From an uncultured delta proteobacterium (GTDB lineage: Bacteria > Myxococcota > Myxococcia > Myxococcales > Myxococcaceae), in the NCBI GenBank assembly GCA_963776345.1, contig CAVZMH010000003.1:32001-96000 (forward strand): a stretch of DNA of 64,000 bases. Reading direction: 5' to 3'. Shown in pieces: positions 32,476 to 41,897 of this stretch. A program made the translations under genes and the position numbers. Under the pieces are notes generated by a model, which was not told where the DNA came from, ran no database searches, and worked only from the letters and a program-made list of their open reading frames with translations. Every line of letters begins with the position of its first letter. Positions within the stretch are counted from its first letter, which is position 1.

Positions 32476-34032
32476 TCAGAACCGGTAACCCACGCCGAGC
32501 GCCACCCGGACCGCGAACGACGGGCCGAAGCTGGTGGTCGTGGTGGCGGTCGACTCGTTCTTGAACAGGTACGTCGCGCCGGCCACGGTCAGGTAGATGT
32601 ACGTGCGGGCGCCGAGGTCCCGGCTCACCGACACCGCCGGGGTGAGTTGCAGCGCGGCGGTGGTCCGGGGCGGCGCGGTGCCGGACGTGGTGAAGGACTG
32701 GTTGAGCAACGCCGCGCCGATGGTCAGCCCGACCTCGATGGACACCGGCGCCAGGTCCCAGACGTGCGACCCCTGCAGCTCGACGTCGAACTGGTCGGTG
32801 GTGGCCTGGAGCCCGCCGTTCGTGTAGCCGGTCCGGCACCAGGCGACGCGCGGGACGAGGGTGATGGGCCGGAGCGCGATGGCCAGACCCACCGCCACGC
32901 CCGGGCAGAGCCCGGCATCGCTCACCAGCGAGGTCCGCATCCGTGCCTCGGCCTCCAGCGAGAGCACCGAGTCCCGGCTGCCCTCGCCCTTGCGCACCAG
33001 CCGTGCGTAGGCCGTGCGCTGCAGCGTCGACTCTTCCACAGTGGCCGTGGAGCCGGGGGCGACGGCCACCGTCCCCTCGAGCAGCACGTCCGACCCGCGC
33101 CCGCGAACGAAGTAGCGGCCGGCTCGGAGCGACAGCCGCCGCACCCGGTCGGCGCTTGCCACCTCGCCCACCACCGCGCCGTCGGCGCTCTCCTGGAAGA
33201 GGAGCCAGCTCTTCCCGGGCGGCAGATCGAGCCAGGCCCGGGTCGGCGAGCGCGCATCCAGCGTGGCCAGTACCAGATCCCCCGCGCCGCGCAGGTCGTA
33301 CTGGAAGGTGGGGTGCTGCGTCCCGGCGAAGGTCCGGCTCGAGGCGCGGAGCGTGGTCTCGTACGCGTACCGGTAGGCCTCGTCGAGCGTCACCCGCCCA
33401 TCGCGGTTCTCGTCCGCCGCGCCGAGGAGCCCCGAGAGGAGCGCGTGGGTGAAGAAGCTTCCCTTGAGCTCGTCCGACTCCTGGCTGTCCTCCGATGCCG
33501 AGCTGGAGGTGAGGAAGACGGCGCCCTCGCCGGCCACCCGCTCGCCGAGCCGGATCTCGAAGGGAGGGATGGGCGTGCCGCCCTTCACCCGGGTGAGCGC
33601 GCCCGAGCGGCAGGCGTCCAGCACCAGCAGCCGGAAGGCCGCGGCGGATCCGCGCACCAGCTGCTCCAGCTCGCCCAGCTCCAGCCGGCTGCTCCCGAGG
33701 TGCAGCGCCCCGGCGTCGGCGTGGCCCGAGTAGTAGACCAGGAGCACCGTGGAGCGGCCCGCGGTGCGGACCCGCTCGTTCACCGCGATCAGCGCCCGGC
33801 GCACGGTGTCCGCGTCCTTCCCCTGTAGCAGGACGGTGTTCTCGGGCCGGACGCCGCCGACCTCCTGGAGCACCGAGGCCACGCGTGCCGCGTCCATCTC
33901 CGCGTAGCGCAGCGGCAGGTCGGGCCCTTGCCCGAGGTTGTTCCCCACCACCACCGCGTAGCGCTCCACGTCGGCCAGCGCGGCCGTGGGCAGCAGCAGC
34001 GCCAGCGCGGTCAGCGCTTGACGAAGCTCCAC
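32476..34032 (-). CDS. Secreted caspase-like (peptidase C14) protein with a C-terminal beta-barrel-like region
   Basis: Signal peptide ...LALLLPTAALA; YYSGHA and LDACRSG dyad; SFFTHALLSGL.GAAD; C-terminus VALGVGYRF. Confidence 0.9.
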   Translation of the reverse strand: MELRQALTALALLLPTAALADVERYAVVVGNNLGQGPDLPLRYAEMDAARVASVLQEVGGVRPENTVLLQGKDADTVRRALIAVNERVRTAGRSTVLLVYYSGHADAGALHLGSSRLELGELEQLVRGSAAAFRLLVLDACRSGALTRVKGGTPIPPFEIRLGERVAGEGAVFLTSSSASEDSQESDELKGSFFTHALLSGLLGAADENRDGRVTLDEAYRYAYETTLRASSRTFAGTQHPTFQYDLRGAGDLVLATLDARSPTRAWLDLPPGKSWLLFQESADGAVVGEVASADRVRRLSLRAGRYFVRGRGSDVLLEGTVAVAPGSTATVEESTLQRTAYARLVRKGEGSRDSVLSLEAEARMRTSLVSDAGLCPGVAVGLAIALRPITLVPRVAWCRTGYTNGGLQATTDQFDVELQGSHVWDLAPVSIEVGLTIGAALLNQSFTTSGTAPPRTTAALQLTPAVSVSRDLGARTYIYLTVAGATYLFKNESTATTTTSFGPSFAVRVALGVGYRF

Positions 34033-34733
34033 CGGAGACCCTGGCAATCGGTGGGCAGCGGCGCCGCGTCCTGGGCCTGCTGCAGCGCGAGCCGGATGGG
34101 CTCCAGCTCCACCGGCGCGGTGCAGAACAGGCCCAGCAGCCGCTCCTCGCCGGTGGTGGCGTCGAGGCGCGTGCCGAGCGGCAGCGGCACCTCGGCCCCG
34201 GCCGGCACCTCGGCCGCGCGGGGGCCCTGGGGGAAGTAGACGGAGGCCCTGCCCGCCGGGTCGAGGCTGAGGATCGCGACGAAGGCCGGCGCCGGGGTGC
34301 TCACCGCGAAGCGCACCGCATCGCCCGGGGCGACGCTCTCGCCCGGGGCCGCGCGGCGCACCTCGTCCCCGTGCTGGACGTACATGACCAGCCCGACTCC
34401 GGCCCCCTTGCGGCGCTCGCCCGTGCCTCCGGTCCGGAGCATCAGGAGGACGGAGGCGGCCAGGGCCAGGCCGAGGCCCGCGGCGGCGGCGGCCCTGGGC
34501 ACCGGGCGGCGCAGCGGCGGCCGGGCCAGCAGCGCGGCGGGGAGGGGCAGGGCGCGAACCTCCTCGCGCACGCCCCGCATCCCGGCCACCGCGGTGCTGC
34601 AGGCGGCGCAGGTCGAGAGGTGCGTGCCGACGCTCTCGGCGTCCGCCGCGTCGAGCTCGCCCATCATCCACCGGTCGAGGCGCAGGGCGGAGAGGCAGGC
34701 ATTCCAGCTGAGGGGGGTGGTGGCGAGGTTCAT
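34011..34733 (-). CDS. Zinc anti-sigma factor (zf-HC2) with a TM helix and DUF4384-like periplasmic domain
   Basis: HLSTCAAC (HxxxCxxC); TM AAAAAGLGLALAASVLL; PGDAVRF...G..SVYFP. Confidence 0.85.
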   Translation of the reverse strand: MNLATTPLSWNACLSALRLDRWMMGELDAADAESVGTHLSTCAACSTAVAGMRGVREEVRALPLPAALLARPPLRRPVPRAAAAAGLGLALAASVLLMLRTGGTGERRKGAGVGLVMYVQHGDEVRRAAPGESVAPGDAVRFAVSTPAPAFVAILSLDPAGRASVYFPQGPRAAEVPAGAEVPLPLGTRLDATTGEERLLGLFCTAPVELEPIRLALQQAQDAAPLPTDCQGLRWSFVKR

Positions 34734-35218
34734 GCGGTCTGCTCCGCGCGGTCCCAGAGGCCCTGGGCGCGCTCGAGGAGGTAGCCCACCTGGCGCCGGG
34801 AGCAGCCGAGCAGCTCGGCGACCTCGGCATGGGTCATCCCGTCCAGGTGGTGGTAGACGACAGCCGCTGCCACGTCATCGGGCAGCAGGGCCAGGAGCCG
34901 GCGCACCTCGGCGGCGGCCTCGCCGCGGGGACCTCCGGCCTCGGCCATCCCGGGGCGGACGTGCAGCTCGAGCACCCGGGCGCCGGTGCGCGCCTTCCGC
35001 AGCTGGTTCAGGCAGTGGTGGGTGGTGGCCTGGTACAGCCAGCCGACGATCGACCCGGCCGAGCGGACGGCGTCGGGGTTCCGGACCAGCGCGGTGAAGA
35101 TGTCTTGAAGCGCCTCGCGCGCATCGGCCTCGCTGCCCAGCAGCGTCCGGGCGCGCCGGAGGACCACGTGCCCGTGCGAGCGGTAGAGGCCGGCGATGGC
35201 CGGGGCGTCGAGGATCAT
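34730..35218 (-). CDS. ECF RNA polymerase sigma factor
   Basis: AREALQDIF, WLYQATTHHCLNQLR (region 2); DGMTHAEVAELLGCS (region 4). Confidence 0.9.
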   Translation of the reverse strand: MILDAPAIAGLYRSHGHVVLRRARTLLGSEADAREALQDIFTALVRNPDAVRSAGSIVGWLYQATTHHCLNQLRKARTGARVLELHVRPGMAEAGGPRGEAAAEVRRLLALLPDDVAAAVVYHHLDGMTHAEVAELLGCSRRQVGYLLERAQGLWDRAEQTA

Positions 35219-35934
35219 GGGCAGCCCGCGTCCGGTCCGCCCTGGCCTCCATCGAGCCGGAGCACGATGAGGTCGTCCACGGTGGTGGGCTGCAGCCGGT
35301 ACGGCGCCTTGCAGTACGCCCGGGCCGTCCCCGGCGCGGCGGTGCCGTCGTCCTGGACGCCGCGGCGGACCAGCTCGGCGACGCACGCCTCGAGCTCGGC
35401 CGGGGTGAGGCAGCCGGAGACCGGCAGCACGCGCACCAGGTGGTACCCCGTGCCGAGCGCCCCGCCCAGCCACCACTCGGTGAGCGAGTTCGGCGGAACG
35501 TCGGACTCGAGGTACATCACCCAGTGGTCCGCGTCGTAGGTGTAGCTGGCGTTGAACGCCGTGGGCAGGCTGGGCACCTGCTGCGCGGACAGCCCGTACG
35601 GGACGGCGGCGGCATTGGCGCGGGCCCAGCGCGGCGCCCCGGTGGCGAGCGCGCGGAACGCGGCATCCGGCGGCGGCGTGTAGAGCCGGAGGATGAAGCT
35701 GGCCGGGAAGCCGGAGGTGACCGGCGCCCGCGTCGCGAGCTCCTGGTCCTCGGTCCCCGGAGGCGGCCCACGCTGCCAGAGCATCGCCGCCTCGAGCGGA
35801 GGCAGCGCGCCCGTGCTCTCGACGCGGCCGCGGAGGGTGACCAGGGCCTCGCCCTGGTAGGCGGGGTCGGTCTGGGCGTCGCAAGCCACCAGCGCCGCCA
35901 CGGCGACGCCGGTCAGTGCCGCCGCGCGCGTCAT
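35215..35934 (-). CDS. Hypothetical lipoprotein
   Basis: AALVAC lipobox; YQGEAL..L.G.V and GFPASF.L.LY.PPP; start/stop overlaps with both neighbours. Confidence 0.8.
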   Translation of the reverse strand: MTRAAALTGVAVAALVACDAQTDPAYQGEALVTLRGRVESTGALPPLEAAMLWQRGPPPGTEDQELATRAPVTSGFPASFILRLYTPPPDAAFRALATGAPRWARANAAAVPYGLSAQQVPSLPTAFNASYTYDADHWVMYLESDVPPNSLTEWWLGGALGTGYHLVRVLPVSGCLTPAELEACVAELVRRGVQDDGTAAPGTARAYCKAPYRLQPTTVDDLIVLRLDGGQGGPDAGCP

Positions 35935-37964
35935 CAGTAGGCGAGCGGCGGGAACTTCACGGTCTGCAGCCACACCGGCAAGCTTGCCACCTTGGCCGAG
36001 CGCACGCCCGCGTCGCTGATCGCGTAGACGAACTGTCCGTCCGCGGAGTCGGCGAGGATGCCGCGGCGGATCCACGGCGACCAGCTCCAGCTCCAGCCCT
36101 CGCCCGACCAGGTCTGGTAGACGTCGGCCATGGAGAGGCTCCCCAGCGCCTGGATGCCGCTCGCCGGGTCGACCTTGAAGAGCCGGAGGTCGGAGACGAA
36201 GTTGGTGTTGCCGTAGTCGGCGAAGGGGATGGCGAGCATCTTCTGCGCCGGGAGCCAGGTGAACGCCTTCGGATCCCACAGCGCGTCCGAGTACGACCAT
36301 CCCTGACCCACCAGCTGGACGGCCTGCACCGCGGGCGCGGCGAGGTCGGTGACGTCGAGGAGTGCGACCTTGAGCTGCATCATCCCGCCGGCGCCGGGCT
36401 CCCGGCCGATGCCGAGGAGATGCGTGTCGTCGATGGGATGCAGGTAGGAGATGAAGCCGGGCATCTGCAGCTCACCCACCTTGGTCGGGTGGGCCGGGTC
36501 GGTCAGGTCGAAGGTGAACAGGGGGTCCACCTGCCGGGCGGTGATGACGAAGCCGCGCGTGCCGACGAAGCGCGTGCCGAAGGTCTGCTCGTCCGCGCCG
36601 TAGTCGTCGGTCTTCCCGGTGAGCTTCAAGGATCCTGCGTCGAGCCTGAGGACCGAGATGCGGTTCGAGGCCTTCAAGGTGCCCCAGGTCGTGCCGTCCG
36701 CCACCCGGGTGGTGAGGTGGGTGGCCACGCGGAGCGCGCCGCTGAACTCGTCCATCCCGTACTGGTCGCGCACCGTTCCCTCGACGGTCCCCGAGCCGAG
36801 GTACGGAGCACGGTCCGGATCGCGCAGGTCGAAGGCGTGCACGTACGTCGCGTCGCTCTGCCCGGGCTCCGGCCACCACCACCAGTGGGCGGTGGCCACG
36901 TAGAGCGTGTCCTTCGAGGCGTAGATCGTCCCCGGCTCGGCGAGCACCGCGGTCCGGCTCTTCAGCGAGTCGGTGGTGAGGTCGACCGTGGCCACGGTGA
37001 GCAGGCCGGGACGGGTCGGGGCGGAGCTGAGCGCGAAGTCGCTGCAGTTGTAGCTGATGGGCGTGGTGCTCCCGCCGGGGATGCGGACCTCACCCTTCCG
37101 GAGCCAGTCGTCGAGGGAGCGGCCGCGGATCAGCGCCTCGTTGGCTGCCTCCAGCGCGTCGAAGGCCTTGTTCCGGTCGTCCGCGCTGGCGCCGGGCGGG
37201 AGGTCGGCCCAGTACTTGATCCCGTCGGGATAAGGAAAGGTGTCGGACATCACCAGCCGCACGCGCTGATCGATGCGGCGGGCGGACTGGTACGAGCCGG
37301 GGAGGAGAATCTCCGCGGTGACCTTGGGATTGGACATGTCGGTCACGTCGACGGTGGTGAGCTCGGTGACATCGCTCGCCCAGTAGCCGCAGAAGGCCAA
37401 GGGGTCCCCCGGCCCCACCGGCGCGCAGATCGGATGCGTGCCCTCGATCGCCCGCGGGATGTAGACGGTGCTGAAGACCACCACCTGGTTGCCGGCGAGG
37501 AACATGTCCCTGGGCCAGCCGTCGATCTTCAGGCTCGCGGTCTCGGCCATGGCCTGCGGGGGCCACGAGGAGATGAGGTGCAGCCGGCCACCGGCGAGCA
37601 CGGCGATCCGCGTGCCGTCGTTCTGGACGAAGTCCGCCTCGTCCACCCCGGCGACCTGGGTGTTGGTGGTGCTGACACTGGTCGGGCCCGCCCCCGGAGT
37701 CGCGGCGACCGGGCCGGCGCCGGCGCCCACCGGCACCCCGCCCACGCCGATGTAGTAGTCGCCCTTTCGGATCTGCTCGATGTTGCTCTTCATCTCCAGG
37801 ACCAGCGCGTCCTCGATCGCCTTCTCGAGCTGGCCACAGCTCGTCACCTGGGTGAGCCGTGGGCTCCGGTCGACGCCCAGCGGCGTGGGCACGGGGTTGC
37901 TCGACGAGCTCGAGCAGGCAGCAAGGAGGCAGAGGAGCAGGGCAGCCAGGGCTGAACGGGTCAT
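35934..37964 (-). CDS. Beta-propeller domain lipoprotein (Beta_propel type)
   Basis: LLAAC lipobox; TNTQVAGVDEADFV, LRVAT, VDPLFTFDL, GFISYLHP. Confidence 0.9.
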   Translation of the reverse strand: MTRSALAALLLCLLAACSSSSSNPVPTPLGVDRSPRLTQVTSCGQLEKAIEDALVLEMKSNIEQIRKGDYYIGVGGVPVGAGAGPVAATPGAGPTSVSTTNTQVAGVDEADFVQNDGTRIAVLAGGRLHLISSWPPQAMAETASLKIDGWPRDMFLAGNQVVVFSTVYIPRAIEGTHPICAPVGPGDPLAFCGYWASDVTELTTVDVTDMSNPKVTAEILLPGSYQSARRIDQRVRLVMSDTFPYPDGIKYWADLPPGASADDRNKAFDALEAANEALIRGRSLDDWLRKGEVRIPGGSTTPISYNCSDFALSSAPTRPGLLTVATVDLTTDSLKSRTAVLAEPGTIYASKDTLYVATAHWWWWPEPGQSDATYVHAFDLRDPDRAPYLGSGTVEGTVRDQYGMDEFSGALRVATHLTTRVADGTTWGTLKASNRISVLRLDAGSLKLTGKTDDYGADEQTFGTRFVGTRGFVITARQVDPLFTFDLTDPAHPTKVGELQMPGFISYLHPIDDTHLLGIGREPGAGGMMQLKVALLDVTDLAAPAVQAVQLVGQGWSYSDALWDPKAFTWLPAQKMLAIPFADYGNTNFVSDLRLFKVDPASGIQALGSLSMADVYQTWSGEGWSWSWSPWIRRGILADSADGQFVYAISDAGVRSAKVASLPVWLQTVKFPPLAY

Positions 37965-38050
37965 TCGGATCTCCGGGGACGCTCTTCGCACAGCCCCTTG
38001 GACCCCGAGCCACCCATTTGTGGCAAAGCTTCGTGGGGTCGTACCCACAC

Positions 38051-39502
38051 CTACCCCGCGTCTGCTCCAGCGGGGGAGGGCGGCGGGGGCGGGAGCAGGT
38101 CGGCGGGTCGGGTCGGGAAATCTCTAAGTCGCCCCGGGTCGACGACCACCACCCGGCCGCGGTCGTCGCGGACGAAGGTCCCCGGCGGCTTCTTCGCCGT
38201 TCCTCCCAGGGCGAGGCTCCCGAGCGCCTTCCCGTCCTGCCCCTCGAGGGTGACGGTGCGCGCGGTCGGCCCGAGGCCGGTGGTCTTTGCATCCGAGGGG
38301 AGCTTCTCGTCCGTCGCCTCGGCACGGAGCGAGGTCAGGCCGTACAGCAGCGCGCTTGCCTTGAAGCCGTCCGCCACGCCCTCGGTCGGTGCGCGGAGCC
38401 GCCAACCCTCGGCCCCGCCGTCGGCCGGGCGATCGCGCTCGAGCAGGAGCGCCGAGGCCCCGCTGCCGATGCGGATGCGTGCCACGTCCTCCGGCCGCGC
38501 GTGGAGGACGGTGCGGTCGCGCAGCTCGGAGGGGCTCCTGTCGAGGGCGGTGAGCGCGGTCCGCGGCACCTCGGACAGCGTGGACCCGAACTGGTCCTCT
38601 CGCAGGGCGTAGATCGGGTCCGTCTCCGCCTTCCCCGCCGCGAGGCGCACCCGCACCGTCTCGGTGGTTCCGCGCTGAAAGGTCGCCTCGACGACGGGCT
38701 TCTCGACGCCGGTGCGCTTCCGCTCCGCGGGAGAGTCCTCGAGGTAGCGGGTGGCCTTGGTGCTGCGCAGCGCGCTGAGCCAGCCCGAGATCGCCGCGGT
38801 GTCCGCGTCCTCCCTCGCCGGCCGCACGAAGGCATAGGGCTGCCCCGGGTCGCGGGCAACGGCCCAGTCATGCTTCCGGCCGCGCACCTCGATGCGGGTC
38901 ACGCCGAGGTCACGGACCGCGAGCACGTCCCGATCGCGGAGGTCGAACGTGCGCCGGTCCAGGCTGGCGCGCGTCGACGCGTCCACCGCGTAGACCCTGG
39001 GGTCTCCCTCGTGCTGGAGGTAGACGCTCGAGTCGTACGGGTTCTCCACGCCGAGCCGGACGGTGAGCGGCTGCACGCCGTCCGCCGACGCGGTCACCTC
39101 GACGCCTGGCTGGTCGAGCCCGAAGCGGTGCAGATCCTCGGCGGTCGGCTTCTCCTCCACCGTGCTTCTCACCCGCGCGTACTGGAGCGCGCCGACGATG
39201 TCCTCGGCGGTCCGCACGTCGGCGGCGGTCTTCAGCGGCCGGGTGATGACCCACGACTGGTCGGGCAGCCGCGCGAGCTCGGTGGTCTCTCCCTTCGCCT
39301 TCACCACCAGCCGGTCGTAGCGGACCTGCTCGGTCCCGCCGTCCGGCCGGGCGACGGGCTGGACCAGGCGCTCGGCGGTGCGCTTCTTCTCGGCCTCGCG
39401 CTCTTCGCTCTTCATCACCCCGAAGTACGCGTAGAGCGCGAGCCCGAGGGCGACCGCGGCCGCCCCCAGCAGGGTCCAGAGGTTCTTGCTCCGGGCGCTC
39501 AT
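38051..39502 (-). CDS. DUF4340-type periplasmic protein with an N-terminal TM anchor
   Basis: W.ITRP...AD and FGLDQP repeated modules; last gene of the Gld-like ABC operon. Confidence 0.8.
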   Translation of the reverse strand: MSARSKNLWTLLGAAAVALGLALYAYFGVMKSEEREAEKKRTAERLVQPVARPDGGTEQVRYDRLVVKAKGETTELARLPDQSWVITRPLKTAADVRTAEDIVGALQYARVRSTVEEKPTAEDLHRFGLDQPGVEVTASADGVQPLTVRLGVENPYDSSVYLQHEGDPRVYAVDASTRASLDRRTFDLRDRDVLAVRDLGVTRIEVRGRKHDWAVARDPGQPYAFVRPAREDADTAAISGWLSALRSTKATRYLEDSPAERKRTGVEKPVVEATFQRGTTETVRVRLAAGKAETDPIYALREDQFGSTLSEVPRTALTALDRSPSELRDRTVLHARPEDVARIRIGSGASALLLERDRPADGGAEGWRLRAPTEGVADGFKASALLYGLTSLRAEATDEKLPSDAKTTGLGPTARTVTLEGQDGKALGSLALGGTAKKPPGTFVRDDRGRVVVVDPGRLRDFPTRPADLLPPPPPSPAGADAG

Positions 39503-39503
39503 C

Positions 39504-41075
39504 TCACTTGTTGCGGCGGTTGAGCCAGATGGCCAGGCCGATCCCCAGCAGGCCGAACGGCACCAGGTCCGTGGCCAGGAACCGGATGCGCGCCAGCCGG
39601 GGCGCGTCGAGGTCGATGGTGGAGATGTCCCGGTCCGGCGGCCGGATGGTGATCTTCTGCACCTGGCTGGTGGCCCAGGCGAAGGCGTTCATCACCATGT
39701 TCCGGTTGGGCTCGTCGCCCCAGTTCGGGTCGACCAGGATCTCCGAGTCGCCGAACGCGACCAGCCGCATCTCCTCGTTCCGCTTCCCCTCGCCGCCGCC
39801 GACGTTGCGCGTGGACTGGAGGATGAGCGGGATGCTCCCCGCCTTGTCGCCGCTCTGGCGCTGCGGGTTCTCGGTGGGCGTCTTCACCTCGAAGGCGTTG
39901 GGGGAGGTGAGGAGCACCGGGGCGACCTGGGTGCCCTCGGCCAGCCCCTCGTGCAGCGCGGTCAGGCCACGCACGGTCGGGAACTGGAGGTTGTACTGGG
40001 CCTTCTTGAGATCCCGCGCGAGCTCGGTGTCGCCGAAGAAGTGCGAGACCACGAGGTACGGGCTCTCGACGGCGTAGACGTCGTCGGCGACCAGCCCCGG
40101 GTCCACTTGGATGCCGGAGCGAGCCAGCAGGGCGTCCAGTCCGGGCTCGGCGGCGGTCTCGGCGAAGTAGAGCATCCGCCCGCCGAGGTCGAGGTACTTC
40201 CCGAGCTGCTCGGCCTCCACCTTCCCGAACTTGCTCCGCGCGCCGGCCACCACCACCAGGGCCGCGTCCTTCGGGATCTCCTTGCCGTCGGCGAGGTTGA
40301 TGGTGCTCGGGACGTACCCTTCCTGGAGCAGCGTCTTCCGCAGCTCGCTCAGCGAGGCCGGGTCCCGCGGCTGCGACGGCTCGAGCGGCCACTCGCCATG
40401 CCCGGTGGTGAAGTAGATCTTCTGCTCGCCGACCGCGTTCAGCTTGATCAGCGCGTTGGTGAGGTCCTGCTCGGTGACCCCGTTGGAGACCGAGACCGTG
40501 GTGTGGTTCTCCTTGTCCCCGGCGCCGCGGGTGAGGACCAGCGTCGTCTGCCCCTCGCGGAGCTGGTACTTCTGCGCGAGGTCCGGGGCCTTCCGCGGGT
40601 CCTTGAACACCACCTCGAAGCGATCCGGCGCCTGCTCCCGGTAGCGCTGGAGCAGCCGGTCCACCTGCTCGTAGTCGGGGTCGCTCGGAGCGAGGAAGGC
40701 GTAGGCCCGCACCTTCTCCTTGAGCGAGCCGAGCGTCGTCTTGGTCTGGGGCGCGAGGGTGAAGATCTTCTTGGTGGTGAGGTCCCAGCTCTTCCCCTTC
40801 CTGGCGACCACGTAGTTCACGGCCACCAGCGCCACGAGCACCACCAGGACCGTGGCGATGGTCGACACCAGGTAGAAGGTGCTCCGGCGCGAGGCGAACT
40901 GGCCGAACTCACCCAGGTTGGTCGCGAAGTACGCCCCCACCAGGAGGACGCCCAGGATCGCCTTCACCGCCGCCATCCACGGCGAGCCGGTGGTCACGAA
41001 GTAGGTGTAGGGGGCCGAGAGCAGCGCCACCAGTCCCAGTGCCCCGAGGATCTTTCCCAGCGTTCGCAGGTTCAT
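39504..41075 (-). CDS. GldG-like ABC auxiliary component
   Basis: DLT..KIFTL, IYFTTGHGE, YLDLGG, AFGDS, N..MNAFAW; N- and C-terminal TMs. Confidence 0.88.
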   Translation of the reverse strand: MNLRTLGKILGALGLVALLSAPYTYFVTTGSPWMAAVKAILGVLLVGAYFATNLGEFGQFASRRSTFYLVSTIATVLVVLVALVAVNYVVARKGKSWDLTTKKIFTLAPQTKTTLGSLKEKVRAYAFLAPSDPDYEQVDRLLQRYREQAPDRFEVVFKDPRKAPDLAQKYQLREGQTTLVLTRGAGDKENHTTVSVSNGVTEQDLTNALIKLNAVGEQKIYFTTGHGEWPLEPSQPRDPASLSELRKTLLQEGYVPSTINLADGKEIPKDAALVVVAGARSKFGKVEAEQLGKYLDLGGRMLYFAETAAEPGLDALLARSGIQVDPGLVADDVYAVESPYLVVSHFFGDTELARDLKKAQYNLQFPTVRGLTALHEGLAEGTQVAPVLLTSPNAFEVKTPTENPQRQSGDKAGSIPLILQSTRNVGGGEGKRNEEMRLVAFGDSEILVDPNWGDEPNRNMVMNAFAWATSQVQKITIRPPDRDISTIDLDAPRLARIRFLATDLVPFGLLGIGLAIWLNRRNK

Positions 41076-41078
41076 CGG

Positions 41079-41882
41079 TCAGGCCCAGCGCTGCGCTTCC
41101 ACCGTCCGGTGGGTGAGCAAGAGGGAGAAGAGGATCACCGAGGCGAAGAAGACCACGGACTTGAGATCGAGCACCCCGCGGGAGAGCGTGGACAGCTGCG
41201 AGCTGAACGAGAGGTGGTTGGCGATGCTGCGCCATGGCTCCTCGGCGCTCTGGGCGAGGCCGCGCAGCAGCATCCAGGGAAGGAGCACCGCGAAGGTCAG
41301 GAACGCCGCGAGCATCTGGCTCTCGGTGAGCGCGGAGACGAACATCCCCACCCCGAGGCAGGTGGCGCCCCAGAGGAGGAGCCCACCGAAGCCGAGGGCC
41401 ACGGTGCTCCACTCCAGCGCCGTCCCGGACTCGCTCGATCCGAAGAGCGACAGGGTGATGGGGAAGATGATGGTCAGGCCCAGCGTGGCCCAGATGACGC
41501 CGACGCCGCCGAGGTACTTGCCGAGCACGATCTCCCAGGGGCGCACCGGCGCGGTCATCAGGAGCTCGAAGGTCCGGTTGCGCTTCTCCTCGGCGAACAG
41601 CCGCATGGAGAGGAAGGGGGCCACGAACAGGGTGATGACCCCGATCACGTCCCAGAGCTGGACGACGATGCCGTCGGTCAGGTTCTTGAACAGGCCGTAC
41701 TCGGGCGGGAGCCGCGCCCAGCCGTACACCCGGGCCAGGCCCTGCACCTCCTTGAAGGTGGCCAGGAGGTTGACGAAGAAGAAGGAGGAGATGCCGAGCA
41801 TCGCGGTGAAGACCACGTAGGCCCACGGCGTGCTGAAGTAGATGCCCAGCTCCTTGCGGGCGATGGCCAGCGCGTTGCGCAT
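41079..41882 (-). CDS. GldF-like ABC-2 permease
   Basis: IARKELGIYF, MRLFAEEKR..TFELLMTAP, IVLGKY. Confidence 0.9.
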   Translation of the reverse strand: MRNALAIARKELGIYFSTPWAYVVFTAMLGISSFFFVNLLATFKEVQGLARVYGWARLPPEYGLFKNLTDGIVVQLWDVIGVITLFVAPFLSMRLFAEEKRNRTFELLMTAPVRPWEIVLGKYLGGVGVIWATLGLTIIFPITLSLFGSSESGTALEWSTVALGFGGLLLWGATCLGVGMFVSALTESQMLAAFLTFAVLLPWMLLRGLAQSAEEPWRSIANHLSFSSQLSTLSRGVLDLKSVVFFASVILFSLLLTHRTVEAQRWA

Positions 41883-41897
41883 GCGGGTCGTGCTCCG

